Positions 1 to 12,600 of a DNA stretch of 64,000 bases are shown piece after piece. The notes below the pieces were generated by a model. It was not told the origin of the DNA, ran no database searches, and saw nothing but the letters and a program-made list of their open reading frames with translations. How positions within the stretch are numbered: position 1 is the first letter of the stretch; the number at the start of each line of letters is the position of its first letter. The translations under genes and the position numbers were made by a program. The DNA comes from Leptogorgia sarmentosa (taxonomy: Eukaryota), in contig OZ210885.1 in assembly GCA_964658305.1 (NCBI GenBank), positions 806,001-870,000 on the forward strand, read 5' to 3'.

Positions 1-793
1 AAGGAATCCTTCAAAAAATCTCAAACAGAAAAGGGTGAAAAGTTCAAACGCGTCTCATGTCGAAATGCGTTCAAATTCCACATGTCGAGGAAAAAATGAC
101 CTCATTTTCCTTGATTTCGGAGATAACATTTCCCTATTTGTTCAAAGATTTGTTCCTTTTTTTTACATTCGAGCAAACATCCTACTCCTCCTCCACCTCC
201 TCCTCCTTAGACCCGCTTTAATGTAGTGCATGAATGACGAATCCATCAGGCTTTCTAAATGAGTGTTCATGCTGACTGAAAAAAACCTCAGAATTTAAAA
301 CTTATCAATTGGATGAACTTTAATTTTATCGCCATATACACGTTTTGTTTTGGGTTTTTTCAGGATGTAAGACTGGATATCCAGGTTTCAATCGCCCACA
401 GATTCAATGAACACTGTAAAAACAATTTCAATGCCGAAATTTGTCCCAGCAACCGGTAAGTATTAGCAGGACATTTTAATACCAAAATGCATAGCGATGG
501 GGAATGGATATTTAATTGAAACGAGATGCAATCATCTTATCTGATGATGTTTTAAAAAACGACCATTTGCGGCTTGCCTTCACATTTTGCTTTTGTATTT
601 TCTTAGTTTTTTATACTTGTTTATTTTCTTTGATTTCAGGAACTTCACCAAAGATGATATTCGTGTTGTTATTCATCGTAACAATGGCTCTGTCAGTTTT
701 GTGGTCACTGATCCTGATACTGGATCAACACTTCCCGTGAACCAAATACAAGAATCAATCAGTGGAAAGTTCAATTCCATAATTTACGGTCTA
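1..793 (+). repeat. Intragenic duplication, near-identical to about 5452-6760 (exons plus introns, with indels)
   Basis: Shared text such as 'tccttcaaaaa.tctcaaacagaaaag', the exon DVRLDIQVSIAHR and the exon NFTKDDIRVVIHRNNGS...SIIYGL occurs in both places. Confidence 0.9.
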
Positions 794-3700
794 CCTTATA
801 CACTGGAAGTTACAACCAATCAACGTTCCAACGCAGTCAGTGTTCGCTTACCAAACACTCAGGCGAGTGAGGTGAGTTGATTCATTAATCATTCAACGAA
901 ACTTCTCAAACAGGAAATCCGATTGGGAAAAAATCCCCAATCTGAAAGCGCGCAGAAACTTTTTTCCTGAAAAACGTAAAATCATTGAATTACACGAGCA
1001 AAGGCTCCTAGGGCGAGCGAATGACGTAATAGTAATAATGAAAATGGTGAATACAAACAAAACGGGAAGGTGAAATATTAAAATGTTTTTAAAAGACTCG
1101 CGCGATGTCTGCAGAGTGGCGTTAATTTATTCTAACATTGTACCTTTAGTGGCCTGCCAGAGATTTGCTGTTTCGACAAAATATGGCCAAAGAAATCCAG
1201 GACTTTTGTAACACTTCAGATTTCCATCGTACTCTTTGTAACATCACAAAGTGAGTATTTTGGATACGTCAGAAATACAACATTAGACATTGTTCCTCAA
1301 TTTCGAGCAATTGTAATGGTGAAAAATTATAAAAACTTTGTTATCGTTAATTTTGCTATCCTTTTGTCACTTCACCAATGGCATAATATTCCAGTGTTAT
1401 TTGAGTTCATTTCAATTCCGGTATTGCGTTTACCTGATTTGCATGCATTATAAAACTTTGTACCCAAAATAGGCTATCTATTCAATGCTTGTGCATTATA
1501 CTTTAACAGCAAATGTAAGACAAAGATGTTAAATTTAACAATAATATGCAATTAATCACAAATCTTGGCAAACAAATTCTCGTGGGAGTTAACTTTCATA
1601 AGTTCCCTAATTTCTTGTTGGATCTGTATAATTGTTAGCGATATTTGTTTCTCTTTCAGTGATGACCTGAACAGCCTCACAAGTGCTAACATTCAAAGAC
1701 TGCCAGGTTCTCCATCACAAAATGGCACCAATTCAATCCTCAAATTTTACGCACAGTTGACAAGCGGTAGAGTTATTCCTAAAACCATCTTGGCCACCAT
1801 CTTCGTAGAAAGACGGGAAAAAATATTGTCACTTGACAGCAGTCTGGAAGATTTCACAGAAAGTTTTACATCTGATGAAACAGTTCTTACTCCAGAACAA
1901 CAAAATAATACAGTTCCTATTGCAATAATTAACTTTCTCCTTTCAAAGGTGAGTGTAACAAGTCTGAAATTAAATTTGTCCGACGTTTAGCGAATGAGTC
2001 TTTCATTCATGTTTTTCTATGTTGCGTATTTACGATAAAAGTGTTCACAAATCCTTTTGGCGTACCTGCATAACTTGTTTTCTTTATATCACTTCAAAAT
2101 TTTAGTTTTAATGTTCCTATCATGTGCTGCTATACTATTTATCGACAATACCAAAATTGTCAGAATATTGTCAGTACCAAATTAGGCTTGCAGCGGTTAG
2201 CTTTACGTTATTGTTGTCACAGCAAAAATGGACAACGTTTTGCAAATAATGATTGAGCAGGATTAAGCAATGTTTTGCTGCCTACAGTAATTGTTCACAG
2301 TTGTTTTGTTATTGCCACGCCCGATTCAGTCCCAACAATAATTTGTTGACAACCATGCATGAGCAAAATGTGGGCGGTTAAACGCTGTTCAATCCTGTTT
2401 TACTGCAGGCTGAAAATTTTGGTTTGTAGGATATATACATTACAAATTGAAGGTATTTCCTCAATTACACTTACGTGAAGTATATTTTATTTAAATTATA
2501 TGTTCCCTTGCTATAGTTCACATCCTTGCGAAAGATGGATATCAAAGTGTCAGTTGCACGAAGAATGAATATCTTTTGTTTTACAACAGCTGCAGACACG
2601 TGCGGTATTACTAGGTAGGCATACAATCACTGTTCGTACTATTTTTAAAACATGAAATGCACAAAGCGAATAAGAGTTATGGCAGTATTAAAATATATTT
2701 AAGTCTGATCATTGTTACTATGTTTTCTTCTTGTTAATAATTCTTGATATCAGAATGAGGAAACTGCATGTAGTCATTGACAAAATCAATGCTACGTTTT
2801 CTGGCTAGGTTCTTCGTCCGGAATTTGTGTGGTTGGTCGAGAGAACTAATACAAATGCAATACACATGTTAAAGTAACATGTGACAAAATTGAAAGTGGT
2901 TGAACTAACAATGTACTAAGGCATGATATTGGATTCTTTTTTATTTCCAGGCCAAGAAGAAGAAAACGAGCTGCGACGTAAGTTATTTCACTTCGTGAAA
3001 CTAGTGGCCATCCCTGTTCTTTAATGTGAAATAACTAATTATGCGGTGTTAAGACAAAAAAGATACATATCATTTTTCACTTGCAAAAACCACTAACTAC
3101 TCTAAGCGTCTACTTTGTTGAAAAAGTAGAAACAAGGCAACAACGTAATGATAATTATACACTTTAACCCTCCCAATTACCTATTACGCATAAACCCCGC
3201 ATATCAACATGAGCTATCATGCTTTAGAGAAAGGTCACGGTAGATAAATATCTGGAGAGCTGACAAAGGTTCCATCTGACCACATATGCAGTGACTGCAG
3301 TTACATAAGCTCTTCCCATTAAGAACTCTGTCTTACACTTTAAAATTACTATTACGCACCGTCCATGCAATAAGTACAATTAACAACTAAATGAACTATC
3401 TCTCTAAATCCTCGTATATATTTTTGGCAGCGATCAATTCAGTGATAATGACGTCATAGTTACTGGCGTCATGGCAGCCGGAAATGATACCGTTATCAAT
3501 GTTGTTGTCAACGAACCAGGAGAGAATAACCCAGTTCCAGCTAATATTGTTGAAGAAGCAATGCGTGAATCCATTGAAACTGATAACACATCACTCATTA
3601 CTGGTTTACAACTGGCTCTTGGTAATACACCGGAAGTAATTACAATCAATCAACGTTCCAACGCAGTCAGTGTTCGCTTACCAAACACTCAGGCGAGTGA

Positions 3701-6700
3701 GGTGAGTTGACTCATTAATCATTCAACGAAACCTCTCAAACAGGAAATCGATTGGGAAAAAATCCCCAATGTGAAAGCGCGCAGCAATTTTTTCATGAAA
3801 ATTGAACTTGTTATGGAATTAGTTTTAATTCTGTATTATTATTTGCATTGAAATTAAACCATGTTGTTCAAATGAATACATTTTAGTGGCAATTTGAGGA
3901 TGAAATATCATTCAGAGAAAATATGTCGGAAGCCATTAAACAATTTTGTGGAATGAGTGCGTTACATCTGGATTTGTGTGGCCTTACTAGGTATGTATCA
4001 TTTAAGGAATGACAATGAGCTCTTCGGGCGAGTGTTTCCACACATTTCGAATTCTCCCAAACTTACACGAGTGTTTACGTAACTCAATGTAAACATAGGA
4101 AAATGTTTTCCGTTGTTTTCATAAAATAACAAGATGACAAACGCGGAATAACGGAATAGCGAGAAGCAGCGGGAAATAGCTGTGTTTACATAATCTCACA
4201 TCAACACGGCTGTTAGCCAATCACACGCGTGTTGTCTTTTTCACTTACTTCCGGTTATTTTATAAAATATATTATAATTAAAGGCATGGTACGAATTTTT
4301 TTAAAATCCAAGATATGGCCATATATCTCTCCGTGAAATTTCAATATGTCGCTAATATCAACAAGCAGCAAAAGTTCTACTCACTACACTAAACGATACC
4401 TTAAAGTTCGAAATTTTGAGCACCAATTCCCGACGAATGGTCTTGCCTCAAATCTTTGAATCTTATTGTGTGGCTTGGTTAACTTTTACTGTTTTTTGAT
4501 GATTGTTCAAAAGTCGATCAGCTGTCTGGATCAATATGAATTTTAATTTCTTCCTTGAGGTTTTGAAATAAAGAAACTAAAATAATTAAAATTAACTATT
4601 CAATATCACCTCAAAATCGCAGTTAGTTTTTAGAGCTATTTCACCTTTGAGCAACCTGCCTTTGCAAATGATCATTTAGCATCAGTTAGCATTGCCGACT
4701 CTGTATGGAATGCCAAGTAAAATTATCATTTCCTCCCCAGCAAAGTAATTTTGGTTTCTTTTGCAAGTATACCCTGTACGTATCGGAGTTTTTTGCTGCG
4801 GAAGGAAATGCAATCACACATGTTATTGAAAATCGTATCCGCGTCACCCTAGCATTATAAGCACCAATGTTTTGTCCAGATCAAACGGAAATTTGTCAAC
4901 AAACAAACTTGTGTCTAATTGAGAATATTGTTCCTTAATTCTGATAGTGTTCGGTCGATCACGTTTATCGTCAATTTGAGCTATATATGCATGGGATCAA
5001 GTGCTCTTGACTGTTTTCCTTGCTTAGGAAAAACGTGGAAAAACGGCTTACAGCAATATCTCATTATTTCATTATAGTTCTCAAGTCAATGAAATCCAAT
5101 CCTTGAATGTGAAGACATTGCCTGAATCTCCAAGTCAAAATGGAAATGACACCATACTGTCGTTCTACGTGGATCTGCCCAGTAATAAAACTATGCCTTT
5201 GGATCTTTTAACAACAATATTCATGTCATCACCAAACGTTCTTTCACAACCAAACAGTGTTATTTCAGAAACAAGCGAAAACCCTGTGCTTACAGATGCT
5301 GAGACTAAAAACCTCGTTCCCTTGTCCATAAATGTCCTACCAAACCAGGTAAAATATCCCCAACAGTTTCTTCAATCAGTTTCTTTCAACTTTGAGATCA
5401 ACATTGCGTGCTTTTAATGGAATTAACTTTAGTACATAGAATTCATAAGGAATTAGTCCTTCAAAAAGTCTCAAACAGAAAAGGTTGAAAAGTTCAAACG
5501 CGTCTCACGTCGAAATGCGTCCAAATTTCAAATGTCGAGGAAAAAATGACCTCATTTTCCTTGATTGAATGTATATTCATTCCTCAGGAAAAAAATGTTT
5601 CTCTTTCCGAACTCTTCAAGATCTTGAGTTATTTTTGTTTTATACCATGAATCCATTAGGCTTTCTAAATGAGTGTTCATGCTGACTGAAAAAACCTCAG
5701 AATTTGAAACTTATAATTCGATGAACTTCAATTTAATCGCCATTTACACGTTTTGTTTTGGGTTTTTTTCAGGATGTAAGACTGGATATCCAGGTTTCAA
5801 TCGCCCACAGACTCAATGAACACTGTAAAAACAATTTCAATGCCGAAATTTGTCCCAGCAGCCGGTAAGTATTAGCAGGACATTGTTTGGTATAAATAAA
5901 AGTTCTTGTACAATTTAATACCAAAATGCACAGCGATGGGGAATGGATATTTAATTGAAACGAGATGCAATCATCTGATCTGACTGATTTAAAAAACGAC
6001 CGTTTGCGTTTTTCATTATTTTCGATCACAATACAAAATAATTCCACTGATTCAGAAATGAATTTACATGAGCCATATCTCTTTTAATACTCAATACTAA
6101 CTGGGTAAGTCTGGGTTGTTGGGAACTCAGTCTAGTAAAAAAAAGCCGGATCTGTTTATTGCAATATCGACATGATAAATACCTATGTTATCGTTCCCTA
6201 TGCGGCTCGATTTTTTTTTCTAATCGCTGTTCGTTTCTGAGCCTACAATTCTTCGTTTGCGCATGACGCCATTGGGCGCCATCTTGGTTGAGACTACGGA
6301 AATTAGTTCAGCTATTACAGCAAATAAACTTAGCTATTCCACCATTTCTTGGTGTATTTTAAAACTGACAATCGTGCATGCCCTACCTGATTATTGATAT
6401 TTTAAAAAAGTGTCCGTGTTTAATTAATGTTTGTTTAATTTTGTTGTGCACTTGTTTTGAAATGTCAATCCAGATGGAGTCCAATTGCAAACTGCCTATA
6501 TGTAGCAAAATAATTTTCACTGAAGATCAAATTAAGGCGTTTGCTTTCACACCTTGCTTTTGTATTTTCTGATTTTTTTATACTTGTTTATTTTCTTTGA
6601 TTTCAGGAACTTCACCAAAGATGATATTCGTGTTGTTATTCATCGTAACAATGGCTCTGTCAGTTTTGTGGTCACTGATCCCGATACTGGATCAACACTT

Positions 6701-7159
6701 CCCGTGAACCAAATACAAGAAGCAATCAGTGGAATATTCAATTCCATAATTTACGGTCTACGACTCACAGTGTCTGCTAACGTTGATGAAGAAGATGAAG
6801 ACTGGCCATTGATAGTAGGATTAAGCATTGTTGGAGCATTTATGTTTTTACTTGTGATTGTATCTGCGATTTATGCGTAAGTTCATTGGGTTTTTTTTTC
6901 AGAATTAAGAAACGAGTTGCGTGTTTTAATTTTCTGTTACAGAATAGACTGAAATGTTGTTTATGTATTTTTCAGCATGGCAGTTCGTTCTGGCAAAGTA
7001 CAGGGTAAAGTAAATCTGGGCTGGAGGCGGTCTGTCTATTCTGGTCATTCTGATGGTGGTTGGCAATTCGACAGAGAATCACCATACACTGGGTCACCAT
7101 TTTCAGGAATTGATGGTATACCCGGCTTTGATGATGATGGTCTACCATCAAATATTTAG
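364..7159 (+). CDS. Type I membrane protein with tandem ~120-aa SEA-like repeats, 5'-truncated by the window. Exons 364-455, 640-871, 1150-1250, 1660-1948, 2517-2614, 2951-2977, 3431-3701, 3887-3990, 5078-5348, 5773-5864, 6607-6876, 6976-7159
   Basis: All introns are GT-AG and the phases chain into one open frame. Short exons with a helix-like segment and two Cys (e.g. FRQNMAKEIQDFC...LC) alternate with beta-rich exons. TM helix WPLIVGLSIVGAFMFLLVIVSAIYA, cytoplasmic tail ending PSNI*, AATAAA near 7458. The SEA-like fold is inferred from the pattern only. Confidence 0.8.
3647..3800 (+). repeat. Intragenic duplication of about 817-972 (exon 3' end plus intron start)
   Basis: 'caatcaacgttccaacgcagtcagtgttcgcttaccaaacactcaggcgagtgaggtgagttga' and the following intron sequence occur twice. 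Confidence 0.9.
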
Positions 7160-9616
7160 TCGAATCAACATGAACTGCACAAAACAGCACATCTCAGTCT
7201 TCTATATATCATAGCTGAATAATATCAAACTATAGCCATCCTGCCATGGTTACAGTCACCAATAACAGCACCATCAATTAGTACCATCTACTGGTATAAA
7301 AAGGTTGACCCTTTTGAAGTGCGAAGTAGCTGGAACTATTCATATAACTAACATATAACAATAATTTAAGAAAACATATATGATGCATGTGTTAGGAAAA
7401 CCTATAGTCTCGGCACCACAAGTCAGCAATGTAGGTTTTAGCCATTCAAGACTTTATAATAAAGTTATATATATCTGTAATCAAGTTGGGAAGAAAAACC
7501 AACCAAATAATTGATTTTAAGAGAAAGTAAAAATGCGTCGAAGTCTTTGTGTGTACCACATGCGTGTGGTGTGATCTTTTATACGGTATTTCACGAACCC
7601 TGGGCAAAAATTAGCCGCGGCTTATTCGCAAAGAAATTGTGCGTTTATTATACAGACGTTCGCGACTTATTTTAGCCGCGGCTTATTCTTCCTCGTATAT
7701 TGGCCATATTGTCTATTGTCGCGACAACTAATTGAAATAGCTGTATCACATTTCACTTCTGTCATCGATCGTATGACTTAAAAATGTATCTTGCCCAGGC
7801 TTTTGAAAACTTGGCTATATTTATTACATTACGCAATTATTTTGACTTCGTATCGTGAAACAGTTTCAAAAGTAGACGGGTATTTCATAACCCAGCCGGA
7901 ATTTTACAGTTTGTGCGTTACGGCAGCACTTTTCCTTGCGATAGTAACTCCTAGTTATATTTTGATTGACCGGAAATGCTCGTATCATCTTTTGAGGTAT
8001 GATTTTTAGTGGGATTAAACTTTCGATCTTTCAAATTCCTTTGAAATGTGGCAAGTTGTATTCGAAGAAGAATAGTTTATGTACAGGCCTCAAGAGGTAG
8101 TTTACTGGTTATTTTCTTTATATCGTGTTTAAACCTCATGGTATATGTCGTATTAGGCAGAAAATGTATAAAATTTAGCCTAATATTGTTTGATTCTCAC
8201 GAAAATATATAAATATTGTTAATTGGTGGGAATGGCCAACCCAACCGTATTCGTATAGTTCTCTGTATTATTGACATTCATGTGATTATGTTGAAATCAA
8301 TTTTGATAGCTATAGATATGTTGTGATTTTCACCTATATAAAGTGTGCATATGTTGTTTTTCCTGTAGTCAGTCTGGACAGCCTTAGTCTTTATAGGTTG
8401 GGCATTTAGTTAAGTGGAATAATATAAACAAACTTTATCTTTGGTACACCAAGGATTGATTGGACAAGGGACCTTCCTAAGTTCCCTATTCCAAATTAGC
8501 CTTTTGATACCACATTAAAAACAATGTAAGGTGTTGCAAGACTTTTGAAAATCCTAAAATTGTTAAGCCAAACCCAAGGTGCAAGGATGTAGTACACTGT
8601 ATGTGCATAAATTGCCTTAGTTCCTGTCAAATACTGGATTGTGCTTAGGTATTAATTCCTTTTCCGTAACTAGAAGAAAACCCTCCTTTGTGATATTTGT
8701 TCATGTTTCTGCAATTCTGTTACGGTTAATTTGGAATTTTATGTTGTTGCCAACATTTTGATCATACACTCAGAGAGCGTTCATAATTCTCTGTGCAGGT
8801 TGCTCTGCTACTGTCTGTAGTTATTTAGTATATAATGTGAATTCCATCGCTTTAGACTGTAAAGTCGTTGTGTTCTTGTCTGTGAAATGTTGACCCCATT
8901 TAATACCCAGCATGTCTGACAAATTAGTCCTAAAACAGTACTCAGAGGATGCTTTACACTATAATTTGATTTCCATTTTCGAGAACCTTGGATATTGGCC
9001 AATCATAGGCATTTTTGTCCTCATGAAGTGTAATTACCTTTGATCTTTTGAAACAACAGAAAGATGTGTTTTTAAAACTAGCTTTAAAGGTTTTTTTTAA
9101 AGTGTGTGTTTCTTGTGAAAAATGTACTGTGTGGTTAATGTGGAAAGTAGTATCTAATGGAAATTAGTCAAATCATACCAGTATACTGTAATTGCAAATG
9201 CTGCAATTTGATTGGCTAGTCTCCTTGCTAGCTATTCCTTGATAAATAGCAAGTACTGTGGCAAAACATGGGAATTTTCATTGAAGAAAATGTCTACTGA
9301 GATGCATTTTTAAATTATTTTTTGCAATATTTTCGTGTTTGATCTCTAATTCTACTAAAGCAATAAAGCTTCACTCTCATAGAAATCTCAAGCTCCTAGT
9401 TGTTTTAAAAATGGTCATTTCTTGTACATTCAGATCAGTCTCAATTGTTAGCTATACACTTGCTGAAATTCCAGCCGGGAACAATTGGGGTAATTTTCCA
9501 TTTAGTAAACAGAATAATACACGAAATAGGAAATTTTCTATATAGAAATGAATTTCATATGTGTATTATCCTGTACTATGTACGGATAAATTATGATATT
9601 CTTCTTAAAATTGTAG

Positions 9617-12600
9617 ATGTATGGTGCCAGTTCAAGCTTCAACCCATATCCTAAAATGGGTGGACACGCCCATGGAGGGCACGACCATGGGGGGCATGGC
9701 CACAGTCATGCCCCCGGAGAGGAATGTGGTATGCACGGTGGGGAGGGTGAGGATGCAAACTTCCCTTCCCCTGGACCCCAGAATAAACCAAAATCACCTG
9801 CACCCCCTCCACCCTCAAAACCAGACCCTGCATCAATGAATATTGTCCAGGCTGTCCAATATGGTGAAATGACAAAACTGAAGCAATTTGTTGAGAATGG
9901 TGCAGATGTGAGAACACCAGATGCAGAGAATGTGACTTTACTACATTGGGCTGCTATCAATAACAGAATTGAAATTGTCAAGTATGTATGACCACTTTAG
10001 GCTACTTTCTCTATTGATCCTTAAAAAGTGGAAACACTGGATTTAGTGTTTGAACAAATAAGTCTGTATTAGTGGCCACTTTAGGCAGTACTTTCTCTAT
10101 TGATCCTTATAAAGTGGAAGGACTGAATTTAGTCTTTGAAGAAATAAGTCTGTATTAATGGCCACTTTGGGCAGTACTTATTTCTGTATTGATCCTTAAA
10201 AAGTGGAAGGACTGGATTTAGTCTTTGAACAAATAAGTCTGTATTAATGGCCACTTTAGGCAGTACTTTCTGTATTGATACTTAAAAAGTGGAAGGACTG
10301 GAGTTAGTGTTTGAACAAATAAGTCTGTATTAATGACCACTTTAGGCTACTTTCTCTATTGATTCTTAAAAGGTGGAAGGACTGGATTTAGTGTTTGAAC
10401 AAATAAGTCTGTATTAATGACCACTTTAGGCTACTTTCTCTATTGATTCTTAAAAGGTGGAAGGACTGGATTTAGTCTTTGAAGAAATAAGTCTGTATTA
10501 ATGACCACTTTAGGCTACTTTCTCTATTGATACTTATAAAGTGGAAGGACTGGAGTTAGTCTTTGAACAAATAAGTCTGTATTAATGACCACTTTAGGCT
10601 ACTTTCTCTATTGATTCTTAAAAGGTGGAAGGACTGGATTTAGTCTTTGAAGAAATAAGTCTGTATTAATGACCACTTTAGGCTACTTTCTCTATTGATC
10701 CTTAAAATGTGGAAGGACTGGATTTAGTCTTTGAACAAATAAGTCTGTATTAATGGCCACTTTAGGCAGTACTTTCTCTATTGATACTTATAAAGTGGAA
10801 GGACTGAATTTAGTCTTTGAAGAAATAAGTCGGTATTAATGACCACTTTAGGCTACTTTCTCTATTGATCCTTAAAATGTGGAAGGACTGGATTTAGTCT
10901 TTGAACAAATAAGTCTGTATTAATGGCCACTTTAGGCAGTACTTTCTGTATTGATACTTATAAAGTGGAAGGACCGGAGTTAGTCTTTGAACAAATAAGT
11001 CTGTATTAATGGCCACTTTAGGCAGCAGTCTCTAACCCTTTAATTAACTGACTAAGCACTGTGAAAATCTGGTTTGTACTAACCTTATAGTCAGCATCAG
11101 AAATACCAGTGCAACATTAACACTTGGTTTAAAAACGATCACGACAGACTACTGTGTCCTAGTGAACTGAATTAACCACACACTCACTTTTTAAGGACAG
11201 TGTATCAGTTTTTCAAGTGACAAAGTCCCTGCTGTAACCTTCGCTGCATTTTATATTATACTTACTTTTTAAAACACACGGGAAAGTGATTTATCCCATG
11301 TAAATGGTTTAAGAAACGACCCAACTTGTTTAATGTAAATTTCAACCAATTCTAAGCCGGGAAAAAACCATGACCAGCCGACAACAAAAATAAAGTAAAA
11401 AACAAATTCCGAAAAGACAGGACATCTTGAGAATTCAATATATAATTCAAAACAAGACGCAGTTTGAGACTGTAAATTTTCGACTTTATTTCAAAGTCAT
11501 CTTCAGACAGAATGAAATACAATACTTTACACATTCATTCTGTCTGAAGATGATTTGAAAAAAGTCGAAAATTTACAGTCTCAAACTGCGTCTTGTGTTT
11601 TGAATTATATATTGTATTCTCAAGATGTCTAAGCCGGGAAAACCAAAGCTACATAAAAAACGTGAAATGATCAAACGAGGCCAACATGTTGCATCTAACA
11701 ATGCTTCGGCTTTGTTTGAACAGCCTTTAACGAACGTGTTTCTTTTCCTCGAACAGGTTCCTTATCACGAGTGGTGCGATAGTCGAACAGAAAGGAGGGA
11801 ATTTGGAGGCAACTCCTCTCCACTGGGCTGTCAGGTAACGTGGCAACCAAGCAGCGGGCTTAGCTTGAGTATCAAGTACCCTGAATAGCCTCATTCATGC
11901 ACAATGAGCATTTAGTAGTAAAGTATAACGACCTCCTTAACGACCCAACGTAGTGATGACGCGTTATGTTACCATATTAATAGACTACTTACCTCGCCAT
12001 ATCGCTGGCTCAATACCACGAGAGCTCGGTTTAATATTTTCCCATGAATTCTTAACTCGCTCTCGCGTAAGTAGTTACAGTACATGCAATAATCACGTCC
12101 ACTGCGTTGAATTTCAGCCTGTTAATCACCTCCCTTTCCGCAACTAATTGTTGCACACTGTTAATCCTTAAGCACTGTGAAAATCTGGTTTGTACTAATC
12201 TCATGGTCAGCATCAGAAATACCAGTGCAACATTAACACTTGGTTTAAAAACGATCACGACAGACTACTGTGTCCTAGTGAACTGAATTAACCAGACAGT
12301 CGATTTAAAATATGACAAACACCTCATGCATGAAGTTTGCAAGAAAACTAGAAAAAACTAGGGCATGCAGCAAATGTGCCCAGTCGTGACAAGATTGTCT
12401 TGGATAAGAAAGACTGTCGTGGACAGGGAAGACATTTAAAGGGGGAATTTCAACTTGGAGTAAAGTGCCATAAAATCATATCCAGTTACCCTCAATTTAC
12501 ATGTATGGTAACAAATGTGTTTATATTTTATATAGACAAGGCTTACTAAACATGGTTGTTCTGCTTATGAAATATGGGGCTGATCCCAATTCAATGGATA

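Noticed and set aside
9990..11025. CRISPR-like array
   Set aside because: Head-to-tail units with no unique spacers, located in a eukaryotic intron, and no cas genes.
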